Assembly (NCBI RefSeq): GCF_004010195.1
Contig: NC_057737.1
Span: forward strand, 1,177,133-1,241,132
Length of the DNA: 64,000 nucleotides
Reading direction: 5' to 3'
From: Chiloscyllium plagiosum
Taxonomy: Eukaryota
Shown here: positions 13,481-26,590 of the stretch, in pieces
Position numbering within the stretch: the stretch's first letter is position 1
How the letters are laid out: each line of letters begins with the position of its first letter
Position numbers and translations under genes: made by a program
Notes under the pieces: model-generated
Databases searched by the model: none
What the model was told of the DNA's origin: nothing
The model's input: only the letters and a program-made list of their open reading frames with translations

Positions 13481-14110
13481 GGGCAGCACGGTGGCTCAGT
13501 GGTTAGCACTGCTGCCTCCCAACACCAGGGACCCGGGTTTGATTCCACCCTCAGGCAACTGTCTGTGTGGAGTTTGCACATTCTCCCCGTGTCTGTGTGG
13601 GTTTCCTCCGGGTGCTCCGGTTTCCTCCCACAGTCCAAAGATGTGCAGGTTAGGGTGGATTGGCCATGGGAAATTGTCCCCGTAGTGCCCAGGAATGTGC
13701 AGGTCAGGGTTGATTGGTCATGGGAAATTGTCCCATAGTGCCCAGGGACGTGTAGGTTAGGGTGGGTTGGCGGTGCCCAGGGATGTGCAGGTCAGGGTGG
13801 GTTGCCCGTGCGCTGGGATGTGCAGGTCAGGGTGGATTGGCTGTGCCCAGGGATGTGCAGGTCAGGGTGGGTTGGCTGTGGGAAATTGTCCCATAGTGCC
13901 CAGGGACGTGTAGGTTAGGGTGGGTTGGCGGTGCCCAGGGATGTGCAGGTCAGGGTGGGTTGCCCGTGCGCCGGGATGTGCTGGTCAAGGTGGGTTGGCC
14001 GTGGGGAGTGCAGGGTTAGAGTAGTGGATGGATCTGTTTAGGATGCTCTTCAGAGGGTTAGTGTGGACTTGATGGGTGAATGGCCTACTTCCACACTGCA
14101 GGGATTCTAC
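13481..14110 (+). mobile_element. HE1-type tRNA-derived SINE with internal tandem expansion
   Basis: 5' gggcagcacggtggctcagtggttagcactgctgcctc (A box), gggtttgattcc (B box), core gtctgtgtggagtttgcacattctcccc, 3' gggattcta tail; ggatgtgcaggtcagggtgg block repeated about 8 times. Confidence 0.85.
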
Positions 14111-14299
14111 AAACGCACTGTCTGAGAATGTACAGAAGGCAGGTTAAGTTGAGACTGGTATAATTGTTCATTTGAGGAGACAGTGCAGATATGATGTGCC
14201 AAATGGCCTCCTCCTGCACCTTAATGTTTCTTCTGAATGTGAAAACAACAATGTGTAGGGTTAATAGGCAACAGGCAGGAAAGTGGTGATAGTGAAGAA

Positions 14300-14780
14300 G
14301 GCTTTCCTTTATTGGTCAGAGTATTAAGTATAAGAGTTGGGAGGTCATGTTGGAGCTGTACAGGACATTGGTTAGGCCACTTTTGGAATACTGTGTGCAA
14401 TTCTGGTCTCCCTTTTCCCTGGAGCATTGGATGCTGAGGGGTGACCTTATAGAGGTTTATAAAATCATGAGGGTCATGGATAGGGTGGGGCAGTCCAGAA
14501 CTAGAGGGTATAAGTTTAAGGTGAAAGGGGAAAGATTTAAAAGGGACCTAAGGGGCAACTTTTTCGCACAGAGGGTGGTGCGTGTATGGAATGAGCTGCC
14601 AGAGGAAGTGGTGGAGGCTGGTACAATTACAGCATTTAAAAGGCATCTGGATGGGTATATGAATAGTAAAGGAAATGGCCCACGTGCTGGCAAATGGGAC
14701 TAGATTGATTTAGAATATCTGGTTGGTATGAATGAGTTGGACCGAAGGGTCTGTTTCTGTGTTGTATATCTCTATGACAG
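14300..14780 (+). mobile_element. CR1 LINE 3' fragment, internally deleted
   Basis: [19 protein letters not shown]...[21 protein letters not shown]. Confidence 0.88.
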
Positions 14781-14809
14781 TATGTGGGGGGCCAGTATAC
14801 ACATTTCAC

Positions 14810-15190
14810 AATGAACCGCCCTCTGTGTGAAAAAGTTGCCCCTCAGGTCCCTTTTAAACCTTTCTCCTCTCACCTCAAAAATATGCCCCCTAGTTTTGAA
14901 CACCCCCACCCTAGGAAAAAGACACTTTGTCTATGCCCCTCATGATCTTATAAACCTCTATAAGGTCACTCTGAACCTTCAACGCCCCAGGGAAAAAGGT
15001 CCCAGCCTCTGCTTTTAACTCTTTTCTGAACCCTCTTTAATTTAATAATATCCTTCTTACAACAGGGCAACCAGAACTGTACACAGTATTCCAGAAGGGG
15101 TCTCAACCTACATGCGGTATAACTTCAACATGACGTCCCAACTCCCATACTCAATAGTCTGAGCAATGAAGGCAAAAATGCTAAACACTC
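14810..15190 (-). mobile_element. CR1 LINE fragment, antisense
   Basis: Reverse complement of the same CR1 C-terminal region (aaaagttgcccctcaggtccc...). Confidence 0.8.
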
Positions 15191-16624
15191 TGTGAGGTGA
15201 CTGTCCTGTGTCAGTTCGGCACCCTCTCTGAAAAAGCGAACCTTAATTTTATTCGTTCAAGAATCGGGAACGATCCAAATAACCTCTGTTGTGCTGCTCA
15301 CATACTTGGTGGGTGTGTCTCAGTAGATTAGATTAATTCCAATCTGAACCCAGTAGGTTCTGGGTTTTCAAAATGTCTGAGTAAGTCACTGTGTCAGTGA
15401 TCAGCTCCCTTGACATGAGAACATGAGGTGCCTGAGTCACATCCAAAATACTAATGCCTCAAAACCAGACAAGCCATAAAACATTTTGCCACAATTTATT
15501 AAAGCAAGTACCTTCAATGTCCGAAATCTTCCCTAGGCCTAATCGAAAACTTCAACGCAGAGCAGGAGACGATAATAAAATCCAAAGAGGTGGGATTTAA
15601 GATATGGGAAGGGCGTGGATTCCAAAGGTAGAAGGTGAAAATGCAGCAAACATTCTGACAACTTCTGTGGAGAGGAAGAGGTTGAGGCGGGGGGGGGGGG
15701 GGGGGGGGGGGGGGGTTCGAAATAACTGCACAGAAGCCAGTATCCCATCATCAAGTCACTCTTAATTTACTTGTACACTGACTGTAGCTAGCTAGATCAG
15801 AGTCAGTCCCCTGCCTGAGGAGATTCTAAATCCTCTGATTATATTGGTCAGCCTTGGGTTCCTGATTGGCCCAGGTTAACAACCCCAATCAAGGATCTCA
15901 TAGTCAACAAGATCCACGTGGTTCCAATCACTACAAGGGGTAAATATTTGGCATTCAGGCTCAGTTTCAGAGCTTCACATACCTCAAACACAACAGCATC
16001 TGGAATTATCCCTATCCTATTTTGGATCACATGGGCATAGGAGCAGAAGGAGGCCATTCAACCCATCAAGTGTGCTCCACTACTCAATGAGAGAGAGAGG
16101 AGGGTGGGAAAACACAGCAAGCCAGGCACCATCAGGAGGTGAAGTCAACGTTTCGGATGTAACCCTTCTTCAGGACTGGGGGTGGGTGTGGAGCGAACTG
16201 CAGATAAAGGGGGTGGTGGGGTCAGGGTGGGGAAGTGGGGGAAGGTGAAGATAGGTAGAGGGTACGATCTGGTTGGCCAATGGGAGGAATGAATCCGGTA
16301 GTTGGCCAGGAGCAGTGGAAGGGAGGGGGAGGGGCTGGGAATGGAGTCGGGGATGGGAAAGGAGGTTATAACTCAACGCAGATGATGGCTGATCTGATAA
16401 CCTTTAGCCCCAGTTCCTTGTCATTTCCCCAGATCCATTGATTCCCTAACCTTTCCCGAGAATGTGTCTCCTCTGCAGCAGACCCTGAGCCTGTGTTCAC
16501 CACATTCTCTAAACTTCTCCACATGGTCAGGGCAGTAATGCAATCATCCCAACCCCAGATTCTCCTACAACAGGATTCCTCTGATCGGCATAACTTCCCG
16601 CTCCTTCCCCGGGGACACTCCTCC

Positions 16625-18140
16625 ATCCCAGGGGGCAGCAGCACTACCTCTAGTGACCCTCCAGCCCGGGAGGGGGGGGGGGGCCGCACCACCTCCTCCT
16701 AATGGTCCTCCAGCCCAGGGGGCAGCACCACCTCCTCCTGATGGTCCTCGAGCCCAGGGGGCAGCACCACCTCCTCCTGATGGTCCTCCAACCCAGGGGG
16801 CAGCACCACCTTCTCGTGATGGTCCTCCATCCAAAGGAGCAGCACCACCTCCTCCTGATGGTCCTCCAGCCCAGGGGGTAGCACCACCTCCTCATGATAG
16901 TCCTCCATCCAAAGGGGCAGCACCACCTCCTCCTGCTGGTCCTCCAGATCAGGGGGCAGCACCACCTCCTCCTAGTGATCCTTCATCCTAGAGGGCAGCA
17001 GTTCCACCTCATAATGATCATCCAGCCCAGGGGGCAGCACCACCACCTCCTAGTGATCCTCCAGCCAAGGTGGCAGCACCAGTTCCACCTGATGGTCCTC
17101 CAGCCCAGGGGGCAGCACTACCTCCGCCTGTTGGACCGCCAGCCTAGGGGGTAGCAACACTTCCTCTTAGTGATCCTCCAGCCCAGGGGGCAGCACCAGC
17201 TCCTCCTGACAGTCCTCCTGAAGGGGGCAGTACCACCGCCTCCTGATGGTCCTCCTGACCAGGGGGCAGCACCACCTCCACCTGATGGTCCTCCAGCCCA
17301 AGGGGCCACACAACCTCCTCCTCATGATCCTCCAGCCCAGGGGGCAGCACCAGCTCCTCCTGACAGTCCTCCTGATGAGGGGGGCAGTACCACCTCCTCC
17401 TGATGAGCCTCCTGACCAGGGGGCAGCACCACCTCCACCTGATGGTCCTCCAGCCCAGGGGGTCGCACAACCTCCTCCTGATGGTCCTCCTGGCCAGGGG
17501 GCAGCACAACCTCCTCGTGATGATCCTCCAGCCCAGGGGGCCGCACAACCGCCTCCTGATGACCCTCCAACCCAGGGGGCAGCACCACCTCCACCTGATG
17601 GTCCTCCAGCCCAGGGGGCAGCACCACCTCCTCCTGATGATTCTCCAGCCCAGGGGGCAGCACCACCTCCTCCTGATGGTCCTCCAGCCCAGGGGGAAGC
17701 ACCACCTCCTCCTGATGGTCCTCCAGCCCAGGGGGCAGCATCACCTCCTCCTGATGGTCCTCCAGCCCAGGGGGCAGCACAATCTCCTCCTGATGGTCCT
17801 CGAGCCCAGGGGGCGGCACCACCTCCTCATGATAGTCCTCCATTCAAAGGGGCAGCACCACCGATTCTTGCTGGTCCTCCAGCCCAGGGGGCGGCATCAC
17901 CTCCTCCTGATGGTCCTCCAGCCCAGGGGGCCGCACAACCTCCTCCTGATGGTCCTCCAGCCCAGGGGGCAGCACCATCTCCTCCTGATGGTCCTCCAGC
18001 CCAGGGGGCGGCATCACCTCCTCCTGATGGTCCTCCAGCCCAGGGGGCAGCACCACCTCCTCCTGATGGTCCTCCAGCCCAGGGGGCGGCATCACCTCTT
18101 CCTGATGGTCCTCCAGCCCAGGGGGCGGCATCACCTCTTC
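16625..18140. repeat. 39-bp GC-rich minisatellite (VNTR) upstream of MED31
   Basis: Unit cctcctcctgatggtcctccagcccagggggcagcacca, roughly 38 copies; translates as 13-aa repeats (PPPPDGPPAQGAA on +, VVLPPGLEDHQEE on -). Confidence 0.95.
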
Positions 18141-18149
18141 CGGATGCTC

Positions 18150-18545
18150 TTCATTTGGAAGCGGCCGCCGGGAGCAGCGAGAGGTTTGCGTGCAGCTGGT
18201 TAGTTCTATCCGTTCTGGTGATTGAATTGACGAGAAAGTGCTGTAACTAGTACCGATAAAGAGACGGGTCGGACCTGGTTAATTGAAGTTGCTGTTAACA
18301 CCGAATCTGTTTGAGCGGGAGGTGGAGAAACGAAACAAACAATGGCGGCCGCAGCAACCGCCATGGAGACAGGTGAGGAGCGGAAGTCAATGGCTTGCGA
18401 GCGGGGCGGAAGTGTGTGACCCTGTGGCTGAGCGGGGCGGAAGTGAGGGTCTTGATACTGGGAAAAAGGAGATTTTGCTGCTAATTGGCTAAAGGTAATA
18501 ATGACGAAAGGAGGAGATTAAACCTCTCGAGTGATTGGCTGTGTA
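18150..18545. promoter_or_regulatory. CpG-rich MED31 promoter / first-exon region
   Basis: CpG density; AATGGCGGC (YY1-type) over the ATG; CGGAAGT (ETS/GABPA-type) at 18381, 18407 and 18438; reverse CCAAT boxes near 18485 and 18534. Confidence 0.65.
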
Positions 18546-21500
18546 GATTCGATGGGTTTGTTTTGGTATTAATTGAGACTGTGGAGAAAGTGAGGACTGT
18601 GACGTTGCGACCTTGAACATTTCTTCCTCCACCTCCGCGCCCACTTTTTCCATCCAGACTCCCACCTCCCTTAAGGACTCCTTCTCCCACCTCCAGCACA
18701 ACCCATCCACCTGGACACCCTGTGCTGGTCTGTTACTTCATTTCCAAATGCTGCTGTGGCATAGACCGCCTCAACCTGTCAACCTCCCTCACCCACTCCA
18801 ACCTCTCACCTTTGCAATGCGCAGTCCCTCCGCTCCAACCCAAACATCATCATCAAACCAACAGACAAGGGGGCGCAGTGGTAGTTTGGCGCACCGACCT
18901 CTACACTGATGAAGACAAGCGCCAACTCTCAGACACCTCCTCCCAATGCCCCCTTAACCCCGACCTCATCTCCCATCACCAAACTATCCTCTCCCAGATC
19001 ATAGCTGTAGAAAGCGGTCATTTGACTGCTCAAGCATACTCTGCCATTCAATAAGACCGTGGCTGATCTGACTGAGGTCTCAACTCGACTTGTCTGTCTG
19101 ACTTCAGCCATTCTCAATCAAAAATCATTTTACTTTATATTTTATATGTAATGACTTGGGTTGAAATTGTGCCATCAGGTGACAAGTAACGTGTCCTTTT
19201 TCTCTCTCTCCCCCTCATTATATCAGAGGAACAGGCAAAACTGCGATTTCAGGTGGAGCTGGAGTTTGTACAGTGTCTGGCGAACCCAAACTACCTGAAC
19301 TGTAAGTGTCAGTGGGATCCTCCTGGGTAATTGTAAAGTTGCTTAGCGTTCATTAGCAGAGGGATTGAATTCAAGAGTCGTGAAGTGATGTTGCAACTGT
19401 ACAGGACTTTGGTTAGGCCACATTTGGAGTACTGTGTGCAGTTCTGGTCGCCTCACTTTAGGAAAGATGTGGAAGCTTTGGAGAGGGTGCAGACAAGATT
19501 TACCAGGATGTTGCCTGGAATGGAGAATAGGTCGTACGAGGATAGGTTGAGAGTGCTAGGCCTTTTCTCGTTGGAACGGAGAAGGATGAGGGGTGACTTG
19601 ATAGAGGTTTATAAGATGATCAGAGGAATAGATAGAGTAGACAGTCAGAAACTTTTTCCCCAGGTACAACAGAGTGTTACAAGGAGACATAAATTTAAGG
19701 TGAAGGGTGGAAGGTATAGGAGAGATGTCAGGGGTGGGTTCTTTACCCAGAGAGTGGTGGGGGCATGGAATGCGCTGCCTGTGGGAGTGATAGAGTCAGA
19801 ATCTTTGGTGACCTTTAAGCGGCAATTGGATAGGTACATGGATGGGTGCTTAAGCTAGGACAAATGTTTGGCACAACATTGTGGGCCGAAGGGCCTGTTC
19901 TGTGCTGTATTGTTCTATGTTCTATGCTGTTTGCAGCAAAAATGTTGAAATCACTGACCTTCATTTCAGCTCCCAACAGGAGTATCTCTCCTTTGTGCCT
20001 CAGTTAACAGATCAATGTCGTTGTCAGTCTCTTAAAGATTGTCTGTGATCAAAACAGAGTTGGGCCCATGGATGGAGACTGACTGAGAGGGAAGTGAGTC
20101 TCCCCTGGTATAGGAGCCCTGGGTGTAGAAGGGGAAGTGTAGGAGGCACTGAGCACCAACGTGTTGCAGACAGAGACCCGGCTGCTTCAGTGAGGTGTAA
20201 CCCAGCACCAGGTGCAATGTACTTGAAGACTATAATAGTTCCACTCATCTTGGTGAAGTGATGTCCATGGTGACAGGGACCACCTCCCCTTGTGTCCTGG
20301 GGTGGTCCTCCCTGGTTAACAGTATCATTCTTTCTTTAACACTACCGTGGTGTTAGTGACAATACAATCATTTTTTGTTTTTTCGATGTGGCAGTTTTGG
20401 CACAGCGAGGGTACTTCCGAGACCGAACATTTGTCAATTACTTCAAGTATCTGCTGTACTGGAAGGAGCCGGAATATGCCAAGTACCTGAAGTAAGTATC
20501 CACCCCAGGTGATGCCTCTGCCAGGGAAGGGGATTGGATAGCTTTTCACCTTGATCTGTGTCACAAGATTATTATCCAGGATAACCCCAACTGCCATCCG
20601 TTCCACTCCTGAAGGCTCTTCACTCGGGTAAAATGCATTCAGTCAAATTATCCGACACGATCTGTCAGAAATGAGAGGAACACCCCCATCAAACACTCCC
20701 AGGACACGGAGAGCACGGGGTTAGATACAGAGTAAAGCTCCCTCTACACTGTCCCTCGTCAAACACTCCCAGGACACGGACAGCACGGGGTTAGATACAG
20801 AGTAAATCTCCCTCTACACTGTCCCTCATCAAACACTCCCAGGACACGGACAGCATGCGGTTAGATGCAGAGTAAAGCTCCCTCTACACTGTCCCCCATC
20901 AAACACTCAGGACAGGGCCAGCATGGGGTTAGATATAGAGTATTTGTGCAAGTTTTCCCCAGTGTTTCCTGAAGTTCCCTTCCATTCCCTACTCTCTATC
21001 CCGCTCTTACTCCACGCTTTCCTCTTGTCCCTGCAGCCTCTGTCGAGACCTCTCTATCAGAACATAGAACAGTACAGGCCCTTCGGCCATCGATGTTGTG
21101 CCAGCCTTTTATCCTACTCTAAAATCAGACTAACCCACATCCCCTTCATTGTACTATCATCCATGTGCCTATCCAAGAGTCGCTTAAAGGTCCCCAATGT
21201 ATCTGGCTCTAATATCGCTGCTGGCAGTGCATTCCACACCCCCCCCCATTCTCTGTGTAAAGACCCTCCCTCTGACATCTTACCATAATCTTCCTCCAGT
21301 CACCTATTATGCCCCCTGTGATAGTCATTCCCACCCTGGGAAAAAGCCTCTGTCTATCCACTCTATACCTCTCCTCTTCTTGTACATCTCTATCAAGTCA
21401 ACTCATCCTTCTTCGCTCCAATGAGAAAAGCCCTAGCTCCCTCCACCTTTCTTCCTCAGACATGCCCTTCAGTCCAGGCAGCATCCTGGTAAATCCCCTC

Positions 21501-22143
21501 TGCACCCTCTCTAAAGTTTTCACATCCTCCCTGTGATGAGATGACCAGAACTAAACACAATATTCCAAGTGTGGTCTAACCAGGGCTCTATAGAGCTGCA
21601 GCATAACTCGCGGCTTTTAAACTCAATCCCCCTGCTAATGAGAGCCAACACATTATATGTCTTCTTAACAACCCTATCAACTTGGGTAGCAACTTTGAAG
21701 GGACTATGTACATGGAGCCCCAAGATCTTTCTGTTCCTCCATACAGCCGAGAATCCTGCCTTTAACCCTGTATTGTGCATTCAAATCTGACCTTCCAAAG
21801 TGAATGACTTCACACTTTTGCAGTTGGAACTCCATCTGTCACTTATTAGCCCAATTCTGCATCCTGTCAATGTCCCTTTGCAACCTACACCAGCCCTCCA
21901 TACAATCCACAATTCCAGTCTGTGTCTCACTGTCTGTGCCTGTGTGACAGGTATCCCCAGTGCCTCCACATGCTGGAGCTGCTGCAGTATGAGCATTTCC
22001 GCAAGGAGCTGGTCAACGCGCAGTGTGCCAAGTTCATCGATGAGCAGCAACTACTGCACTGGCAGCATTATTCCCGGAAACGAGTGAGGCTGCAGCAAGC
22101 ACTAGCTGAGCAACAACAGCAGAACATCACACCCAGCAAGTGA
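18342..22143 (+). CDS. MED31: Mediator of RNA polymerase II transcription subunit 31, 131 aa, 4 exons
   Basis: Exons 18342-18372, 19227-19301, 20395-20491, 21951-22143 (396 nt, all GT-AG). Product [131 protein letters not shown] closely matches vertebrate MED31. Confidence 0.98.
18610..19000 (+). mobile_element. Penelope-like element RT fragment in MED31 intron 1
   Basis: Frame reading ...[26 protein letters not shown]..., matching the KPADKGGAVVV motif of Penelope RTs. Confidence 0.7.
19345..19925 (+). mobile_element. CR1 LINE 3' fragment in MED31 intron 2
   Basis: [19 protein letters not shown]...[14 protein letters not shown] followed by a (tgttcta)n tail. Confidence 0.92.
21060..21905 (-). 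mobile_element. CR1 LINE 3' fragment in MED31 intron 3
   Basis: Antisense CR1 ORF2 C-terminal remnants ([11 protein letters not shown]...[11 protein letters not shown]) with an agaacat-type tail. Confidence 0.88.
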
Positions 22144-22489
22144 GAGGATTGCACCGTGGGGGTGAGAGAACCCTGACAGGATGTGTGAGGAAGCCTGATC
22201 CTGAAGTGATAATATACAGACATTTAATGCAGTGGCATTGAGGAGGTCCTAGGGATATGCAAGGACAATCCTCCCCTCTGTATCTCTCTTACATGGAGCA
22301 CAGATTAACAGACAGGATTGAGCTGTGAGTCTCCTATTCAGGCCTGGACTGATTGTTGTATGTGAAGCATTAATGTAGTTGCGTCTTGGACTGAAGAAGC
22401 TAAATTCATAAAGATTCATTCTGGAAAGTTAACTTAGATGGCACAGAGCAGATCACAGCTGCATTGGGAATGTTAGTTTTTAATATGTG

Positions 22490-22551
22490 AATAAATAGTG
22501 TAATGTCACAAGGATACACATGTGTGTTAGAGTTGTTTGTGAAATAATAAA
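22490..22551 (+). terminator. Candidate MED31 polyadenylation signals
   Basis: AATAAA at 22490 and 22546, about 350-400 nt after the stop codon and just before the 44-bp satellite. Confidence 0.5.
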
Positions 22552-22599
22552 CCCAGTGATTACTACAATGTCTCTGTGACTGTATAAAATTTGCAAAGA

Positions 22600-24325
22600 G
22601 AGTACTGGTGGGGACAGGTCTGTCACTGTATAACACTGGGGGTCACTACTGGTGGGGACAGGTCTGTCGCTGTATAACACTGGGGGTCAGTACTGGTGGG
22701 TACAAATCTGTCACTATATAACACTGGGGTACAATACTGGTGGAGACAGGTCTGTCACTGCATAACACTGGGAAACAGTACTGGTGGGGATGGATCTGTC
22801 GCTGTAAAACACTAGGGTACAGTGCTGGTGGGGACAGGCCTGTCACTGTATAACAAGGTTACAGTACTGGTGGGGGACAGGTCTGTCACTGTATAACACT
22901 GGGGTACAGTACTGGTGGGGACGGGTCTGTCACTGTATAACACTGGGGTACAGTACTGGTGGGGAAGGGTCTGTCACTGTGTAACACTGGGATACAGTAC
23001 TGGTGGGGATGGATCGGTTGCTGTATAACACTAGGGTACAGTGCTGGTGGGGACAGGTCTGTCACTGTATAACACTGGGGTACAGTACTGGTGGGGACAG
23101 GTCTGTCGCTGTATCACACTGGGGTACAGTACTGGTGGGGACAGGTCTGTCACTGTATAACACTGGGGGTCAGTACTGGTGGGGATAGGTCTGTCACTAT
23201 ATAACATTGGAGTACAGTACCGGTGGGGACAGGTCTGTTACTGTATAACACTGGGGTACAGTACCGGTGGGGACAGGTCTGTTACTGTATAACACTGGGG
23301 GTCAGTGCTGGTGGGGACAGGTCTGTCACTGTATAACACTGGGGTCAGTACTGGTGGGGGCAGGTCTGTCACTGTATAACACTGGGGAACAATACTGGTT
23401 GGGTCAGGTCTGTCACTGTATAACACTGGGGGACAGTACTGGTGGGGGCAGGTCTGTCAGTGTATCACACTGGGGGACTGTACTGGTGGGGACAGGTCTG
23501 TCAGCGTATCACACTGGGGGACTGTACTGGTTGGGACAGGTCTGTCACTGTATAACACTGGGGGTAAGTACTGGTGGGGACAGGCCTGTCAGCGTATCAC
23601 ACTGGGGGACAGTACTGGTGGGGACAGGCCTCTCACTGTGTAACACTGGGGTACAGTACTGGTGGGGACAGGTCTGTCACTGTATAACACTGGGGGTAAG
23701 TACTGGTGGGGACAGATCTGTCACTGTATTACACCGGGGTACAGTCGTGGTGGGGACAGGCCTGTCACTGTATCACACTGGGGTACAGCACTGGTGGGGA
23801 CAGATCTGTCACTGTATAACACTGGGGGACAGTTCTAGTGGGGACGGGTCTGTCGCTGTATAACACTGGGGGACAGTACTGGTGGGGACAGGTCTGTCAG
23901 CGTATCCACACTGGGGGACTGTACTGGTGGGTACAGGTCTGTCACTGTATCACACTGGGGTACAGTACCTGGTGGGGTCAGGCCTGTCGCTGTATAACAA
24001 TGGGGGACAGTACCTGGTGGGGGACAGGCCTGTCAGTGTATCACACTGGGGGACTGTACTGGTGGGGCAGGTCTGTCAGCCTATCACACTGGGGGACAGT
24101 ACTGGTGGGGACAGGTCTGTTGCTGTATCACACTGGGGTACAGTACTGGTGGGGACAGGTCTGTCGCTGTATAACACTGGGGCACAGTACCGGTGGGGAC
24201 AGGTCTGTCGCTGTATAACACTAGGGTACAGTACTGGTGGGGACAGGTCTGTCACTGTATAACACTGGGGCACAGTACTGGTGGGGACAGGTCTGTCACT
24301 GTATAACACTGGGGCACAGTACTGA
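22600..24325. repeat. About 44-bp tandem minisatellite
   Basis: Unit cagtactggtggggacaggtctgtcactgtataacactggggta, head-to-tail, roughly 39 copies, no unique spacers. Confidence 0.95.
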
Positions 24326-24329
24326 GCTG

Positions 24330-26590
24330 ATGGCTTCCATCTGAGAGTGTTAGAGGGAGGTGGGGAGGACGTTGTAGATCTCCTAACTATAATTTTTCAG
24401 AGTTCCCTCGTGCAGGGGTCCTCCCTCTGAATTGGAACGTTGCATATGTCACTCTGCTTTTTGAGAAGGCTGAAAGAGGAAATCTGGGGAATTCAGACCA
24501 ATTCGCCTCACATCTGCGCCGGGGAAATTGTTGGAGTTTTTTTTCAGGGTGGAGATCACTGAATATTGAAAATTTTCAGTGAATCAGAGAGCCAGCATAG
24601 CTTTATGACAGGTAGGCCATACCTGACCAACCTCATTGAGTTTTCCAAGAGGTGATTAAAGTAGTGGATATGGGAATGTTTATGGACATTTACTATATGA
24701 AATTCCAGAAAGCACTTGATAAAGTCCCAAATTGACTACAGTTCCACTTTCAACACTATAACAAACTCCGAGACCTAGGACTCTGCTCCCTCCTCTAACA
24801 GGATCCTTGACATCCTGATCCATAGACCGCAGTCAGACAACACCTCCACGATAATCCTCGATCCCGATGCCTCAGTACGCAGGCCCCTAATGTACACCGT
24901 ATACACAGATGCCTGGGGCTGAATTCCACACCAACTCCATTTACAAGTTTATGGGTGAGACCAGTGTTGTAGGTTGGATCTCCAACAAAAATGAGATGGA
25001 GTACAGGAAGAAGATAGAGTACTTAACAGCATGGCGTAGAGACAACAATCTCCATCAGTGTCAGCAAAGCGAAGGGACTGGTCACCGATTTCAGGAAGCG
25101 GAGTGGAGGACAAGCCCTTGTCTGTGTCAGTGGTGCTGAGGTGGACATGGTCAAGCATCCTGGGAGTGACAATCACCAACAATCTGTCCTGCTCCACCCG
25201 CACTGACACTACAGTCAGGAAAGCACTGCAACACCGTAACTTCCTCAGCAGGGTAAGGAAATTCAGCGTGTCCATAAAGGCACTTATTTTTACAGATGCA
25301 ACATAGAAAGCATCTTATGTGGATGTATCACAGCTTGGTATGACAATGCTCTGTCCAGGACCATAAGAAACTACGGAGAGTTGTGAACACAGCCCAATGT
25401 ATCACCCAGGCCAGCTTTCCATCCACTGACTCCGTCTACATTTCCCACTGCCTCAGGAAGGTAGCGAATATCATCAAAGACCCCTCTCATCTCAGTATAC
25501 TCCATTGGGCAGAAAATATAAAAGTTTGTATACTTGAACAAACAGATTTAAGAACAACGTTTAGCCCCCAGTTGTTAGACATGAATGGACATCTTTAATG
25601 TTAATGTGATCTGTCTCTGCACCTTCCCTGCAGCTGTAACACTGTATTCTGCACTCTGTTTTGTTACCCTGATGCACTTGTGTAGTATAGTCCACCTGTA
25701 AAGCCTGTTTCACTGTAGCACGGTACATGTGACAGGAATAAATCAAACCTAAGACACTGTTATCTAAAGGTAGAAGCCTATGGACTTGAGAGCAAGTTTC
25801 TGATGGTTGGGAAATGGGTTGAGTGGCAGATGTCACGAAGTAGGGATAATGGGCAGGTAATCAGATTAGCAGGATGTGACTAGTGGCGTCCCACAAGGAT
25901 TTGTGTTCAGCTCCCAATTATTCACATTTTTAAATTAATGGATAACGGCGTCAAAAGCAACATATTTGCTGTAGACAGTGTGGATGATCGCACCAAATTA
26001 CATAGGGATATTGATAGACTAAGTGAATGGGAAAAACTGTGGCAGATGGAATTCACTGTAGGCGTGAGGTCATCCACTTTGGACTGAGAAAGGACAGATC
26101 AGGGAACTTTCTAGATGGTATGAGGTTAAATACAGTGGATATCCAAAGACAGGCAGAGAAAATAATACAGAAAGCCAATGGAATGCTGGTATTTCTATCG
26201 AGAGGACTGGAGTATAAGGACACAGATGTTACGCTATGGTTATACAGAACCCTGGTTAGATCCCACTGGGATCTGGGCACCACACCTCAGGGAGGATACA
26301 TTGGCCTTGGAGGGAGTACGACATGGGTTTACAAGAATGATCCCTGGGGTTCAGGGGTTAAGGTTCGAGGAGAGATTATACAAATTAGGCCTGTTTTCTC
26401 TCGGTGTAAGGATAATCTGATCCAAGTTGTCAAGATAGGAACATGAAAAGACAAGGAAGGTAAATATAAACTATTTCCCCTGGTTGGGGATTCTAGAACA
26501 AGGGGCATAGTCTGAGAATTATGGCCAGACCGTTTAGGAGAGATGTTAGGAACCATTTTGACACACAAAGGGTGATAAAGATTTGAAAAC
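24330..26590 (+). mobile_element. Old CR1 LINE interrupted by a Rex1/Babar-like LINE fragment (about 24730-25745)
   Basis: CR1 RT breaks after ...FQKALDKVP (24730) and resumes at about 25750; the insert encodes ILGVTITNNLSCS...TVRKALQHRNFLSRVRKF and ends in AATAAATC. Confidence 0.7.

Noticed and set aside
13481-13560. tRNA-like sequence with A and B boxes
   Set aside because: It is the head of an HE1-type SINE, not a tRNA gene.
22600-24325. CRISPR-like periodicity and ORFs of up to 198 aa
   Set aside because: Head-to-tail repeat without unique spacers, no cas genes, vertebrate context; the ORFs are translations of the satellite.
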